From the NCBI GenBank assembly GCA_050246315.1, contig JBFWWG010000003.1, positions 128,001 through 192,000 of the forward strand: DNA of 64,000 bases, given 5' to 3'. A program made the translations under genes and the position numbers. Each line of letters begins with the position of its first letter. The stretch's first letter is position 1. Shown piece by piece: positions 20,172 to 31,790 of the stretch. The notes beneath the pieces were generated by a model. The model saw only the letters and a program-made list of their open reading frames with translations, was not told where the DNA came from and searched no databases. Source of the DNA: Nitrospiraceae bacterium. GTDB lineage: Bacteria; Nitrospirota; Nitrospiria; Nitrospirales; Nitrospiraceae.

Positions 20172-20573
20172 ATGGTTCCAGTGAAGTCGTTTATGATTCC
20201 TAGCGAGAAGTTTGCGACCGTCGGGCGCGACACGGATGTTAAGACGGCGGCCGTGATGATGCGCGACCGCAACATCGGCAGCCTCATGGTCACCAGAGGC
20301 GGCGATTCCAAAGATGTCATCGGTATCGTGACCGACACCGACATGGTGCGCCGCGTCCTGGCAACTGCCGCCGATACTGCCAAGACGACTGTAGAGATGA
20401 TTATGTCGGCTCCGATCTTGATGATCGACGAGAACAAGACGCTCTTAGATGCGAATGACATGATGGCCCAGTCCCACCTCCGTCATTTGGGCGTCTCCAG
20501 AGGGGGAAAGCTGATCGGCCTGATCTCGGTCAGGGATCTTGTGGTGTTTCTCACCAATTTACCGAGGAAATAG
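20172..20573 (+). CDS. Stand-alone CBS-pair protein
   Basis: Two CBS motifs: GIVTDTD and RHLGV...GLISVRDL; RBS GGAGGGGG. Confidence 0.9.
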   Translation: MVPVKSFMIPSEKFATVGRDTDVKTAAVMMRDRNIGSLMVTRGGDSKDVIGIVTDTDMVRRVLATAADTAKTTVEMIMSAPILMIDENKTLLDANDMMAQSHLRHLGVSRGGKLIGLISVRDLVVFLTNLPRK

Positions 20574-20578
20574 TCCCG

Positions 20579-21556
20579 ATGCCATTTCCTTCCGAACGCC
20601 TCCGCCGCCTCAGGCTGACCGAGTCGATCAGGCGGATGGTGAGGGAAACCAGCCTGAACCCGAGCGATCTGGTCTACCCGCTGTTCGTCCGCAGCGGGCA
20701 GGGCAGAAAGGAGCCCATCGGCTCGATGCCGGGCCAGTATCGCTGGTCGATCGACCTCCTGATCAAGGAGGCGGCGGAAGCCATGCAACTGGGCATCCCC
20801 GCCGTCATTGTATTCGGGATCCCCGACAGCAAAGACGAGCGCGGGACGTCCGCGTTGGACCCCAATGGGATCGTCCCGCAGGCGGTCCGGGCCTTAAAGG
20901 ATCAAGTGCCAGGGCTGCTGGTGATCACCGACGTCTGCATTGACGAATACACCTCTCACGGACATTGTGGAATCGTCCGCGAGGGGAACATTCTCAACGA
21001 CGAGACGCTTGATTGCCTGCGGTCCATGGCCCTAGCCCATGCCCAGGCCGGGGCGGATATGGTGGCCCCCTCCGACATGATGGACGGGCGTATCGGGGCC
21101 ATCCGTCAGGCGCTGGATCGAGCTGGGCATGAAAATCTGCCGATCATGGCCTATTCGGCCAAATATGCCTCCTGCCTCTACGCTCCGTTCCGGGAGGCGG
21201 CGGACTCCAGTCCTTCGTTCGGCGACCGCCAGTCCTATCAAATGGACCCGGCGAATCGCCGGGAAGCCATGCGGGAGCTCCAATTGGATGTGACGGAAGG
21301 GGCGGATATTCTCATGGTCAAGCCGGCCCTCCCGTATTTGGATATCATTGCCGCTGCCCGTGCAGCCCACCCCCATCCGATCGCGGCCTATCAGGTCAGC
21401 GGCGAGTACAGTATGATCAAGGCCGCCGCCCAGGCGGGATGGCTGGACGAGGCACGGACGATGATGGAATCGTTGGTCAGTATCAAACGAGCGGGAGCCG
21501 ACCTCATCCTGACCTATTTTGCGAAGGATGCCGCACGTCGTTTGCTCGCCGGATGA
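20579..21556 (+). CDS. hemB: Porphobilinogen synthase (Zn-type)
   Basis: RLRRLR, DVCIDEYTSHGHCG, APSDMMDGR, YQMDP, MVKP, AYQVSGEY. Confidence 0.98.
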   Translation: MPFPSERLRRLRLTESIRRMVRETSLNPSDLVYPLFVRSGQGRKEPIGSMPGQYRWSIDLLIKEAAEAMQLGIPAVIVFGIPDSKDERGTSALDPNGIVPQAVRALKDQVPGLLVITDVCIDEYTSHGHCGIVREGNILNDETLDCLRSMALAHAQAGADMVAPSDMMDGRIGAIRQALDRAGHENLPIMAYSAKYASCLYAPFREAADSSPSFGDRQSYQMDPANRREAMRELQLDVTEGADILMVKPALPYLDIIAAARAAHPHPIAAYQVSGEYSMIKAAAQAGWLDEARTMMESLVSIKRAGADLILTYFAKDAARRLLAG

Positions 21557-22524
21557 CCATGCGCGTCATCCGAGACCTCGCGGGATATCAGCCGTCGCCC
21601 TATCCGGTCGCTACGATCGGCAACTTCGATGGGCAACACCGAGGACACCAGGCCCTGCTGTGCACTGTGGTCGAGCGGGCCCGGGCAGCCGGCGGTCAAG
21701 CCGTGGTCATCACCTTTGACCCTCATCCGGTTCGCATCCTGGCCCCTGACGGCCCCTTAAAATTCTTGACCTCTCCGGAGGAGAAATTATCGGCCTTCGT
21801 CTCAACCGGGATCGACGAGGTCATTTTTTTGGAATTCTCACCGGCTCTGGCTGAGCTGACGCCGGAAGCCTTTGTTCGGAACATCCTGGTCGACAGACTT
21901 TCTCTGCGGGAACTGTTCGTCGGGGAGCATTTCGCGTTCGGCAAGGGGCGGGCCGGCACGATTGTCGACCTTCAACGGCTCGGCGAGCAGTACGGATTTT
22001 CCGTCCATCCCATGAAACCAGTGCTCCGTGAAGGGGGCATCATCAGTTCCACCAAAGTACGCTCGGCAATCCTCGCGGGACAGATGGAACTGGCCACGGA
22101 GTACCTTGGCCGCCTCTATGCGCTGGAGGGCCTGGTCATCCGAGGAGACCAACGAGGCCGAACTCTCGGTTGGCCGACCGCCAACCTGGCCCTGCCACCC
22201 GACCGTGTGGTTCCCCCGGACGGGGTGTACGGGGCGTTGACGGTTCATGGAAGTCGAGTCTTCGACTCGGTCGCCTACATCGGGACGAGACCGACGTTCG
22301 AAACGCAGGGCAAGAGGATCTTGGAAGTCTACTTGCTCAACGAGCAGCGGACATTGTACGGTGAGCGCATTACGGTCCAATTCGTTTCCCATCTCCGTGG
22401 GGATATGTCGTTTCCGAATCCGGACGAACTCTCCCGGCAGATCCAGTTCGATGTCCAGCAGGCCGAGGCTTGTCTGCGAGCGGTGCGGCCAGAACTCCGA
22501 ACGAGGGCGGGGAAACCGGCATGA
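21553..22524 (+). CDS. ribF: Bifunctional riboflavin kinase / FAD synthetase
   Basis: GNFDGQHRGH, TFDPHP, ISST, GRTLGWPTAN, GTRPTF; ATGA overlap with hemB. Confidence 0.96.
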   Translation: MTMRVIRDLAGYQPSPYPVATIGNFDGQHRGHQALLCTVVERARAAGGQAVVITFDPHPVRILAPDGPLKFLTSPEEKLSAFVSTGIDEVIFLEFSPALAELTPEAFVRNILVDRLSLRELFVGEHFAFGKGRAGTIVDLQRLGEQYGFSVHPMKPVLREGGIISSTKVRSAILAGQMELATEYLGRLYALEGLVIRGDQRGRTLGWPTANLALPPDRVVPPDGVYGALTVHGSRVFDSVAYIGTRPTFETQGKRILEVYLLNEQRTLYGERITVQFVSHLRGDMSFPNPDELSRQIQFDVQQAEACLRAVRPELRTRAGKPA

Positions 22525-24014
22525 GCCCATCCATCTGTGCGACTCACAGGTCGCCCTTCGTTCGCCACGCGGTCCAAACGATTCGTGCCCGTCGCCTGCT
22601 TGATCCCGGCATGTCGGTGCTGGTCGCATTATCCGGCGGACCTGACTCGGTGGCCTTGATGGCCTGCCTCCATCATCTGGCCCCGAAGTGGCATCTACGA
22701 CTGACGGCGGTGCATTGCAATTACGGGCTCCGCAGCCACGAATCCGACGAGGACGAAGCGTTCGTGACCGCCTTCTGTCAGCGCCGAAACATTCCTTTGT
22801 TGGTCGAACAGCTCCGGCTCGCGCGGCAGGCTCCCAGAGGGTGCCGCTCGGTGCAGGAAGAAGCCCGCGAGTTGCGTTATCGACTCCTCAACGAATTGGC
22901 ACTGCGTCATGGCTGTGATCGGATCGCGCTCGGCCACACGGCTGATGATCAAGCCGAAACCGTCCTCCTGTGGATGCTGCGAGGCGCCGGAACGACCGGG
23001 CTCGGCGGGATGCGGCACGATCGCCCGGGCTCGCATGCCCATTTCATCCGTCCGCTGCTGGACTGTTCACGAGAGGCCGTGCTCAGGTATCTCAAATCGG
23101 AAGGGCTGGCGTACCGAGAGGATTCCAGCAATCAATCAAGAGCCTACCGGCGCAATCGCATCAGGCACGATGTCCTACCCCTCTTGAAGGAATTCAACCC
23201 AGCCATTGTTCCTACGCTTTGCCGGCAGGCCGATCTGTTGGCTGAAGACGAGAAGGTGCTGCAAGGGGAGAGCGATCGCTCTCTCGCGCGCCTGTTGATC
23301 AAACAGGAACCGGATGCCCTCGCCGTCCAACGCGACGGCCTGCTCGCCTTGCCGACAAGTATCCAGCGTCGAATCGTTCGACAGATTTTGCGAACGCTTC
23401 ATGTCGCAGGCAAAGCACCTTCGCTGCGACGAGTCTCCGTACTATTGAACGAGATCGAACGGGCCAGGAACGGCGCCTCATTTCGAATCGGGGGGTGCAG
23501 GGCCACGAGGCAGGGTGATGTCGTGTGCTTCAAATCGGCACCGCTTCGCGAGAATCCTCGTCCACCCCGAGCGAGAATCAATCCACAGGAAGCAAGGCAG
23601 GGAATCACGTTGCCCCTGACCGTTCCCTCGACAGTCGTCTGGCCGCCGACGGGGCAACGGATCACCCTGCGATGGGAACCCTGGCAGCAGGGACTAGAAG
23701 CTTCGATCGGGAAGGGGCGATCTCTTTCCATGGCCTTCGACGCCAGCCGTGTCTCTCCGACCCTCTCCCTTCGTTCCTGGCAACCCGGAGACCGCTTCTG
23801 TCCGGCCGGCATGGGTGGTCGTCAAAAGAAACTTCAGGACCTCTTCACCGACTTGAAGATTCCGCGCGCGGATCGCGACCGATTGCCCGTTCTTGTCTCC
23901 CCGGAGGGGATCCTTTGGGTCGTCGGTTGCCGGGCAGACCACCGGTTTGCGCCCAGCGTCACTACGAAGCAGGTGTTCATGGTCGAAGTCGAACCCAGCA
24001 TCACAGCCCGTTGA
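22521..24014 (+). CDS. tilS: tRNA(Ile)-lysidine synthetase
   Basis: SGGPDS PP-loop, GHTADDQAET, IRPLL, EDSSN, RNRIRH; C-terminal TilS-C domain. Confidence 0.96.
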   Translation: MSPSICATHRSPFVRHAVQTIRARRLLDPGMSVLVALSGGPDSVALMACLHHLAPKWHLRLTAVHCNYGLRSHESDEDEAFVTAFCQRRNIPLLVEQLRLARQAPRGCRSVQEEARELRYRLLNELALRHGCDRIALGHTADDQAETVLLWMLRGAGTTGLGGMRHDRPGSHAHFIRPLLDCSREAVLRYLKSEGLAYREDSSNQSRAYRRNRIRHDVLPLLKEFNPAIVPTLCRQADLLAEDEKVLQGESDRSLARLLIKQEPDALAVQRDGLLALPTSIQRRIVRQILRTLHVAGKAPSLRRVSVLLNEIERARNGASFRIGGCRATRQGDVVCFKSAPLRENPRPPRARINPQEARQGITLPLTVPSTVVWPPTGQRITLRWEPWQQGLEASIGKGRSLSMAFDASRVSPTLSLRSWQPGDRFCPAGMGGRQKKLQDLFTDLKIPRADRDRLPVLVSPEGILWVVGCRADHRFAPSVTTKQVFMVEVEPSITAR

Positions 24015-24041
24015 GCAGACGGCTCGGCGTCCTAAAAATAC

Positions 24042-24240
24042 CAGGCTGTTGAAGTCATGAAGACGAGACCAGAGCCATTGCAGAATGCTCAAACGGGCGC
24101 CATCTCGCCCGCCAAATCCCGGCGCGCCGAGACGCGCCTTTCCGCGGGCGCGCCTGTGTCGGTACGGAGGCGAAGGGGTACATCCTCCACATCCTGTGGA
24201 CCGTTCGCCGTTTGAGATGGTTCTTGACGGACGGAGAACC
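24042..24240. repeat. Composite interspersed repeat, related to 9787-9948
   Basis: 24081-24147 is the reverse complement of about 9880-9948; TIR-like CAGGCTGTTGAA at 24042; imperfect hairpin at about 24201-24234. Confidence 0.65.
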
Positions 24241-24344
24241 TTCTTTGGAGTTGCGCCTCTTCGCATGGCACCCATTGCAAGGTGAGCGAGGGGTGCCCCG
24301 AAACAATTGGTGAAACTCACTCAGCATTCTGCCAGGGAGGGGAA

Positions 24345-24893
24345 ATGGAGCGGATGTTCGGGCGACCTGTGGTCACGCAGGAGCAAATGCGGGCCAGGAT
24401 CAAGGAGCTTGGCAAGCAAATATCGGAGGACTATGTGGGCAAGGACCTTGTCTTGGTCGGAGTCCTCAAGGGAGCCTATGCCTTCTATGCCGATTTGGCT
24501 CGGGCGATCAGGCTGCCGATGCGGGTCGATTTCATCGTGGTCCGCAGTTACGGCGCCAGGTCGAAAACCACCGGTAAGGTCAAGCTGGTATCCGACCTGA
24601 CGGATGAGATCAAAGACCGAGACGTGTTGTTGGTGGAGGATATTGTGGATTCGGGCCTGACGGCCTCGTATCTCCTCAGGACATTGTCCAAACGCGAGCC
24701 TCGTTCACTCCGCATCTGTACCTTGCTCAGCAAACCGGATCGCCGTCGAGTGCATCCGCCCGTCGATTACATCGGATTCAACATTCCGAACCAGTATGTG
24801 GTGGGGTACGGTCTCGACTACCAGCAGAAATACCGAAATCTTCCTTACTTGGTCGCGCTTGATCAGGTGGCGGAACTCGATCAGGAGTTATGA
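24345..24893 (+). CDS. hpt: Hypoxanthine phosphoribosyltransferase
   Basis: GVLKGA, VLLVEDIVDSGLT, YVVGYGLDY..KYRNLP; tilS-hpt-ftsH synteny. Confidence 0.97.
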   Translation: MERMFGRPVVTQEQMRARIKELGKQISEDYVGKDLVLVGVLKGAYAFYADLARAIRLPMRVDFIVVRSYGARSKTTGKVKLVSDLTDEIKDRDVLLVEDIVDSGLTASYLLRTLSKREPRSLRICTLLSKPDRRRVHPPVDYIGFNIPNQYVVGYGLDYQQKYRNLPYLVALDQVAELDQEL

Positions 24894-24899
24894 GGACGG

Positions 24900-24929
24900 T
24901 TGTCAGCCTCGGCTACTCTATGTTAGCAT
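24900..24929 (+). promoter_or_regulatory. Putative ftsH promoter
   Basis: TTGTCA-N18-TAGCAT with TGn. Confidence 0.4.
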
Positions 24930-24988
24930 TTCGCAGCGATAGCTCCGCGCTCGTCGCAGACTCGTATCGTGGTGTGAGGAGGGATTGA

Positions 24989-26800
24989 ATGAATTCACGT
25001 GTGAAGAACGTGCTGTTTTGGGTCGTGGTGGCGCTCTTCATGATTCTCTTATTCAACCTCTTCAGCGTTCCGACGCACGCCCCCGAAGAAGAGGTGATTT
25101 TCAGCGACTTTATGACTCAGTTGGAGAAGGGGGAGGTGACCAAGGTCACCATTAAAGGCAGCCATATCAGTGCGATTCTCAAGGACGGCTCCCGGATCAA
25201 GACCTACACGGCCGACTATCCCGAGTTCGTGAAGATCCTGCGCGAGCGCAACGTTCAAATCGAAGCCAAACCCCCGGAGGACAGCCCTTGGTACATTACG
25301 TTCCTCGTGACTTGGGGACCGTTTATTCTTTTCCTGGGACTCTGGTTCTTCCTGATGCGGCAGATGCAAATTGGGGGAAACAAAGCCCTGTCCTTTGGCA
25401 AGAGCCGAGCGCGGATGTTGACGGAAGAGAGGAAAAAGGTCACCTTTTCCGACGTGGCCGGTATCGATGAGGCTAAAGAAGAGGTCGTCGAGATCATCGA
25501 ATTCCTGAAGGATCCTCGCAAATTCCAAAAACTCGGCGGCCGCATCCCCAAAGGGGTGTTGATCGTCGGCCCGCCTGGAACGGGCAAAACCCTGCTTGCC
25601 AAGGCAATTGCGGGGGAAGCCGGCGTTCCATTTTTCAGTATCAGCGGATCGGATTTTGTTGAGATGTTTGTCGGGGTGGGCGCCTCGCGGGTCCGTGACC
25701 TCTTCGAGCAGGGAAAGAAACACGCGCCCTGTATCATCTTCATCGATGAAATCGACGCCGTGGGCCGTCTGCGAGGAGCCGGACTCGGAGGCGGACATGA
25801 CGAGCGCGAGCAGACCTTGAATCAGTTGCTGGTTGAGATGGACGGATTCGACACGACCGAAGGCGTGATCCTGATTGCAGCGACCAATCGACCGGACGTC
25901 CTGGACCCGGCGCTGTTGCGTCCCGGACGGTTCGATCGCCAGATCGTGGTCAATCGGCCGGATCTGCGCGGCCGCTCCGAGATACTCAAGGTGCACACAA
26001 AGAAGGTGCCGCTGGCCGGCGATGTCGAGCTTGAAAAGATCGCCAGGGGAACGCCTGGATTTTCCGGAGCCGATTTGGAAAACCTCATCAACGAGGCTGC
26101 GCTGTGGGCCGCTCGACAAAACAAGAAAGAAGTGGAGTATGCCGACTTCGAAATGGCCAAAGACAAGGTGCTCATGGGGGCCGAGCGCAAGAGCATGATC
26201 CTGAGCGACGAGGAAAAGCGCATCACGGCCTACCATGAAGCCGGTCATGCGCTCATGGCGAAATTGCTGCCAGGGACCGATCCGGTCCATAAAGTAACCA
26301 TCATCCCGAGAGGTCGCGCGTTGGGTGTGACGATGCAGCTACCCACGGACGACCGGCACAACTATTCCAAGGATTTTCTGTACAACACATTGGCGATTCT
26401 CCTCGGCGGGCGTGTCGCCGAGGAATTGGTTCTCAAACACATTACGACCGGAGCGGGCAACGACTTGGAGCGGGCGACCGACCTAGCCAGAAAGATGGTC
26501 TGCGAATGGGGCATGAGTGAGAAGCTCGGCCCGCTGACGTTCGGCAAGAAGGACGAGGAGATCTTCCTGGGTCGTGAAATCGCCACGCGCCGAGACTTCA
26601 GCGAGCAAGTGGCGATTGAGATCGACCATGAGATCAGCCGTCTCGTCACGGAAAATTACGAGCGCGCCAAGCGCATGTTGACCGACCACATGAGTTCCCT
26701 TAAAGCCGTCGCCGAAGCGCTGCTGGAGAAGGAAGTCCTGGAAGGGACCGAGATCGACGACATCATTCAATCTTCCTCGCCGCAGCCAATTCCGGCCTAA
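24989..26800 (+). CDS. ftsH: ATP-dependent zinc metalloprotease FtsH
   Basis: 2 TM segments, [19 protein letters not shown] motif, HEAGH. Confidence 0.99.
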   Translation: MNSRVKNVLFWVVVALFMILLFNLFSVPTHAPEEEVIFSDFMTQLEKGEVTKVTIKGSHISAILKDGSRIKTYTADYPEFVKILRERNVQIEAKPPEDSPWYITFLVTWGPFILFLGLWFFLMRQMQIGGNKALSFGKSRARMLTEERKKVTFSDVAGIDEAKEEVVEIIEFLKDPRKFQKLGGRIPKGVLIVGPPGTGKTLLAKAIAGEAGVPFFSISGSDFVEMFVGVGASRVRDLFEQGKKHAPCIIFIDEIDAVGRLRGAGLGGGHDEREQTLNQLLVEMDGFDTTEGVILIAATNRPDVLDPALLRPGRFDRQIVVNRPDLRGRSEILKVHTKKVPLAGDVELEKIARGTPGFSGADLENLINEAALWAARQNKKEVEYADFEMAKDKVLMGAERKSMILSDEEKRITAYHEAGHALMAKLLPGTDPVHKVTIIPRGRALGVTMQLPTDDRHNYSKDFLYNTLAILLGGRVAEELVLKHITTGAGNDLERATDLARKMVCEWGMSEKLGPLTFGKKDEEIFLGREIATRRDFSEQVAIEIDHEISRLVTENYERAKRMLTDHMSSLKAVAEALLEKEVLEGTEIDDIIQSSSPQPIPA

Positions 26801-26804
26801 TCGA

Positions 26805-26846
26805 GTCACCCGGGGAGGGGGGTGAATCGCCCCATCCTCGGGTGAC
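26805..26846 (+). terminator. GC-rich hairpin after ftsH
   Basis: GTCACCCG...CGGGTGAC imperfect stem. Confidence 0.45.
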
Positions 26847-26901
26847 CGTGTGATCGCATATCCCGCTTCTTCATCGCTCAACCAACCCGGTCACAGCCTT
26901 C

Positions 26902-27774
26902 ATGATGTTCCGGGCCCGCCCGCCAACCTATCGACTCCGTGCCGGAGAGTTCCTGATCACGCTCGACCGACCTGTACTGGTAGGGATTCTCAATGTCACT
27001 CCCGATTCGTTCTCCGATGGCGGGCGATTTCACTCGAACGACGAGGCCGCCGACCACGCCTTGCGGATGGTCGAAGCCGGGGCCGCCATGCTCGATATCG
27101 GAGCCGAATCGTCGCGTCCCGGAGCCGTCCCCGTCACCGAGGAAGAGGAAACCGAACGGCTCCTGCCGGTGCTGGAAAAGATCGTCCGCCATTGCCGGGT
27201 ACCGATCTCGGTCGATACCACCAAAGCCGACGTCGCCCGACGGGCGATCGAAGCTGGAGCCAGTCTCATCAACGACATCAGCGCCCTGCGATTCGATCCC
27301 GCGATGGGGGAGTTGGCCGCCAAGACGGGCGTCGGCCTGATCTTGATGCACATGCCGGGAACCCCGCAAACCATGCAGCAGCAGGCTGCCTATGTGGATG
27401 TCGTCAGCGAAGTGGCGACCTACCTGACCGAACGCAGAGCGGCGGCCGAAGCGATCGGCGTTAAGTCCGAGCAAATCGTGCTTGACCCAGGTTTCGGTTT
27501 TGGTAAGCTGGTGCCACACAATCTAGCTCTGCTCGACCGATTGCCCGAACTCTGCGATCTGGGGCGCCCACTACTGGTGGGACTCTCGCGAAAGTCGTTC
27601 ATCGGGCAGGTGACGGGCCGACCGGTAACAGACCGGGAATTCGGCACGGCCGCGGCCGTCGCACTGGCGGTCGAGCGAGGGGCCAACCTGCTTCGGGTTC
27701 ACGACGTTGCGCACATGGCCGACGCCGTGAAGATCGCGGAGGCGCTGATGCGTCAGCGTGTTCACACAGGATAG
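26902..27774 (+). CDS. folP: Dihydropteroate synthase
   Basis: [38 protein letters not shown]. Confidence 0.97.
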   Translation: MMFRARPPTYRLRAGEFLITLDRPVLVGILNVTPDSFSDGGRFHSNDEAADHALRMVEAGAAMLDIGAESSRPGAVPVTEEEETERLLPVLEKIVRHCRVPISVDTTKADVARRAIEAGASLINDISALRFDPAMGELAAKTGVGLILMHMPGTPQTMQQQAAYVDVVSEVATYLTERRAAAEAIGVKSEQIVLDPGFGFGKLVPHNLALLDRLPELCDLGRPLLVGLSRKSFIGQVTGRPVTDREFGTAAAVALAVERGANLLRVHDVAHMADAVKIAEALMRQRVHTG

Positions 27775-27781
27775 GGACGAG

Positions 27782-29137
27782 ATGTCTATGCGGAAACTCT
27801 TCGGCACGGACGGGGTGCGGGGCGTCGCCAACCTTGAGCCCATGACCAGCGAGATCGCCATGCAACTCGGACGGGCGGCGGCCCATATTTTCCAACGGCG
27901 GGCGGGCCGACACCAAATCGTGATCGGCAAGGACACACGCTTGTCCGGTTACATGCTGGAATCCGCACTGACGTCCGGGATCTGCTCCATGGGCGTCGAC
28001 GTCCTCCTTGTGGGACCGCTCCCGACTCCCGCCATCGCCTTTCTGACTCGCAGCCTTCGCGCGGATGCCGGTGTCGTTATTTCTGCCTCGCATAATCCGT
28101 ATCAGGACAACGGTATCAAGTTCTTTTCGAGCAACGGCCTCAAACTACCCGACGAGTTGGAAGCTCGCATCGAATCGTTGATTGTTTCGGACGAAATCAA
28201 ACACCTACGACCCACGGCCGACGCCATCGGCAAGGCCTTTCGGATCGACGATGCCGAGGGACGCTATATCGAATTCGTGAAACGGAGTCTGCCCAAGGAC
28301 CTGGACTTCCAGGGACTCCGCGTCGTCGTGGACTGCGCACACGGGGCCGCCTACAAGGTGGCGCCGACCATCTTGCGCGAGTTGGGCGCCTCGGTGGAGG
28401 CGGTCGGAGTCAAGCCGGACGGCATGAACATCAACGCCGCGTGCGGGGCCGTCCACCCCGAGCAGTTGCAGGAGACCGTCCGTCGACACCAGGCTCACAT
28501 CGGAGTCGCACTCGACGGAGACGCCGATCGTGTGATTTTCGTCTCCGAACAGGGGACCGTGGTGGACGGCGACCACATCATGGCTGCCCTAGCGTTCGAC
28601 TTGCGCGAGCGGAATCAACTGGCGCAACACACCGTCGTGGGAACAGTCATGAGCAATTTCGGCCTCGAAGCGGCGCTCGGCAAGGCCGGGGTGAAACTGG
28701 TCCGCACGCCGGTGGGTGACCGCTACATTCTCGAACGGATGATCGCAGACGGCTACAATTTCGGCGGTGAGCAGTCGGGGCATATGATTTTCCTGGATCA
28801 CAACACGACGGGCGACGGTTTGATTGCCGGCCTTCAGGTCCTGTCTCTGATGAAACGGACGGGAAAGCCGCTTTCCGAATTGGCCGATGCGATGACCCGG
28901 ATTCCTCAGGTGCTGATCGGCGTCAAGGTCAGCAGCAAGCCGGATCTGTCGTCCATTCCCGCCATCCACGAAGCGATTCGGAACTCGGAGATCAGGCTCA
29001 ACAGCACCGGGCGCGTATTGGTCCGCTATTCCGGCACGGAGCCGCTGTTGCGCATCATGGTGGAGGGATCGGATGACGCCTTGATTCGAACCCTCGCCGA
29101 GGATCTGGCCGGCGTGGTTCGCCGTCACCTCTCATAG
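27782..29137 (+). CDS. glmM: Phosphoglucosamine mutase
   Basis: [34 protein letters not shown]. Confidence 0.98.
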   Translation: MSMRKLFGTDGVRGVANLEPMTSEIAMQLGRAAAHIFQRRAGRHQIVIGKDTRLSGYMLESALTSGICSMGVDVLLVGPLPTPAIAFLTRSLRADAGVVISASHNPYQDNGIKFFSSNGLKLPDELEARIESLIVSDEIKHLRPTADAIGKAFRIDDAEGRYIEFVKRSLPKDLDFQGLRVVVDCAHGAAYKVAPTILRELGASVEAVGVKPDGMNINAACGAVHPEQLQETVRRHQAHIGVALDGDADRVIFVSEQGTVVDGDHIMAALAFDLRERNQLAQHTVVGTVMSNFGLEAALGKAGVKLVRTPVGDRYILERMIADGYNFGGEQSGHMIFLDHNTTGDGLIAGLQVLSLMKRTGKPLSELADAMTRIPQVLIGVKVSSKPDLSSIPAIHEAIRNSEIRLNSTGRVLVRYSGTEPLLRIMVEGSDDALIRTLAEDLAGVVRRHLS

Positions 29138-29162
29138 CCCTCGCACCAGGACCTTCCGTCCC

Positions 29163-31790
29163 ATGCTTCACCGCCTGACGGCCTGTCTCCTCACCGGGCT
29201 GCTCCTGGGCTCCTACCTGCCGTTCTTTCCGCTCACGGTGGCGTGTCTCCTGTTCACGATCAGTTTGGCCGTCACCTGGCTCGAATGGAAAGAGCGGGTC
29301 ACGGTTCGCGAAGGGGTTCTCTACTTCGCGGTCATCCTGGCTGGCACCTGCTACTGGATGGCCCACGAACATCTCTTGGGCGTCCGGACTGCATTGCCTC
29401 TGTCCGCGGAGGCACCCACTCGCATCGTCGGCCGTATCGTCGAGCCCGTCCTCCGGATCACAGGCCAGCAAATTCTGGTCGTCGAGATCACAGAGTCAGA
29501 GACACCTCCCATTGCGACGCCGATCTCCGGTCGTGTCCGACTGACGTGGCGTCAACCGGATGTCCCGGTGCTGCAAGGCGATCTCATCGAATATCGCGGT
29601 CGCCTTCATCCCCCGCATGGCCTGAACAATCCCGGCGGATTCGACCTCGAAACCCATCTCGCCGGGCAGGGAATCGTTGCCGTTTCGTCCATCACCGGTT
29701 CCGGCCGTGTATCCAAGCTGGAATCGGGCTTGGATGCGTGGCAATGGGCCCCCTGGGCGATGATCGATTCATGGCGGCTGCAGGTTCAACAGGCGGCGGG
29801 AACATCGCTGGATCAGCCGCTGCGAGGCCTATTCTTGGGCCTCATTCTCGGCGAGCAGCACGAATTGCCTGTGCGAATCCGCGAGGCGTTCATGACAACG
29901 GGAACGGTCCACATCCTGTCGATCTCCGGCTCCCACCTCGGCTTGATCGCCTTCCTGACCTTTGCGATCGTCCGCTTGCTTTGCCGAATGATGCCCAACC
30001 GAGGAATATTATGGCTCAACCGATGGCGACTGACCGGAACCCGTCTGGCAATCCTGACAACCGTTCCCGTCGTGTCGGTCTATGCGTTGCTGGCCGGCGC
30101 AGAGATCGCGACCAGACGCGCATTGGTCATGGTGTTGGCCTTCTTATTCGCCGCCTGGTCGGGTCGTGACAAACCGCTCCTTCCGATCCTTTCCATGACC
30201 GCACTGTTGATGCTACTGGTCAACCCGCATGTCCTGTTTGACGTGTCGTTCCAATTGTCCTTCCTATCCGTATTGGCCATCGCGCTCTGCCTTTCGCTTC
30301 TGACCGAACGCACCGCTCCGGAAGCCTATTCGCCGGACGGTACGAGTACCGAGGAAATTACGGTGCCGACCGTTCAACTCCCTTGGATCAAGGCGGGACG
30401 CTGGTTGCTGCACTCCTTACTATTGTCATTGGCCATTACGCTGGTCACCCTGCCGCTGGTCGCCCGGTATTTCCATCAATTCGCTTGGATCAGCCCCTTC
30501 GCCAACCTGGTGATCGTCCCCTTGGCCGGATTCTTAGTCGTCCCGGTCGGCCTCGGTTCAGCCCTCTGGTTGCTGGCATCCGGAGGCGACGGTTTGCCGC
30601 TGGCGCAATTGAACGAGGCCGTCCTCCGTCTCTTGACGGAGATGACGACGCTCTGGGCGAACATTCCGTATGTGGACCGACATATCGCCGCACCCTCGTT
30701 GCTGACGCTCGGCACATACTACGTACTCCTGGCACTCGCCATCCTTCCGAACGTTCGACGGCAGACCCGTGCCGCCGCGATCGCTTCCCTCGCCGCCGTG
30801 CTCCTCTGGTGGACCATCCCACCTTCCACAACTCTGCTCCCAAACCAGGTGCGGGTCACCTTCCTGGATGTCGGGCAGGGAGATGCCGCCGTTATTCACC
30901 TGGCCGGAGATCAGGACACACAGCGGGATCAGACCATCGTGATCGACGGAGGCGGCCGGTACGGGCCGTTCGATCTCGGCGCCGCGGTGGTCGGACCATA
31001 TCTCTGGAACCAAGGTATCCGGCGGATTGATCACCTGATTGGGACCCACCCCCAACTCGATCATATCGGCGGCCTCCCCTGGCTGATCCGTCACTTCGAG
31101 GTCGGCCGATACTGGGGGAACGGCGTTTCTCGCAGCGAGGCCTTCTATCAGGAGCTCCGCCAGGCCCTGTCCGAGCGGGGGTTAAAGGAGTATGTTCCGA
31201 ACGATGGCGATACCGTGGCAGCCGAGGTCGGTTGTGCGTTGAGGATCCTGAGTCCCGGGCAACCGGAGTCCCCACTGGCCCACTTGGAGTGGTCCACCCG
31301 GTCAGGTTCCACGTTGAACAATCTTTCCGTCGTCGCACGGCTTGAATGCGGGGCGACATCCTACCTCTTTGCGGGGGACCTTGAGCGGCAGGGTCTGGCT
31401 CGACTGCTTCACCAAACGCTCGCACCGCACGCGCACGTCGTGAAGGTTCCACATCATGGGGCAGCCAGCTCGCTCGATCTCACCTGGGTCCAGGCGACCT
31501 CCCCGCAGATCGCGGTCCTGTCCGTGGGCCGCTCCAATCCTTATCATCATCCCCATCCACAGGTTCTCGCCTCCTATCGGGCAGTCGGCTCCCGCCTGTT
31601 CCGCACCGATCAGGATGGCGCGATCACCATCACCGGCTCGACCCGTTCGCCGCACCTCCTGATCACTTCGGCATCCCAGTTGAAGTTCGAACGGGTCGCA
31701 CTTGCCGGTCCGATATGGGAACAGGAGCGACGAAACTATCGTCGAATCTGTCTCCGGCAATTCGGCCCGGATTGCTGGCGATCGGGGTAA
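29163..31790 (+). CDS. comEC: DNA internalisation competence protein ComEC/Rec2
   Basis: DUF4131-like region NPGGFD, HILSISGSH, FQLSF; metallo-beta-lactamase domain DVGQGD, THPQLDHIGG, KVPHHG. Confidence 0.95.
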   Translation: MLHRLTACLLTGLLLGSYLPFFPLTVACLLFTISLAVTWLEWKERVTVREGVLYFAVILAGTCYWMAHEHLLGVRTALPLSAEAPTRIVGRIVEPVLRITGQQILVVEITESETPPIATPISGRVRLTWRQPDVPVLQGDLIEYRGRLHPPHGLNNPGGFDLETHLAGQGIVAVSSITGSGRVSKLESGLDAWQWAPWAMIDSWRLQVQQAAGTSLDQPLRGLFLGLILGEQHELPVRIREAFMTTGTVHILSISGSHLGLIAFLTFAIVRLLCRMMPNRGILWLNRWRLTGTRLAILTTVPVVSVYALLAGAEIATRRALVMVLAFLFAAWSGRDKPLLPILSMTALLMLLVNPHVLFDVSFQLSFLSVLAIALCLSLLTERTAPEAYSPDGTSTEEITVPTVQLPWIKAGRWLLHSLLLSLAITLVTLPLVARYFHQFAWISPFANLVIVPLAGFLVVPVGLGSALWLLASGGDGLPLAQLNEAVLRLLTEMTTLWANIPYVDRHIAAPSLLTLGTYYVLLALAILPNVRRQTRAAAIASLAAVLLWWTIPPSTTLLPNQVRVTFLDVGQGDAAVIHLAGDQDTQRDQTIVIDGGGRYGPFDLGAAVVGPYLWNQGIRRIDHLIGTHPQLDHIGGLPWLIRHFEVGRYWGNGVSRSEAFYQELRQALSERGLKEYVPNDGDTVAAEVGCALRILSPGQPESPLAHLEWSTRSGSTLNNLSVVARLECGATSYLFAGDLERQGLARLLHQTLAPHAHVVKVPHHGAASSLDLTWVQATSPQIAVLSVGRSNPYHHPHPQVLASYRAVGSRLFRTDQDGAITITGSTRSPHLLITSASQLKFERVALAGPIWEQERRNYRRICLRQFGPDCWRSG

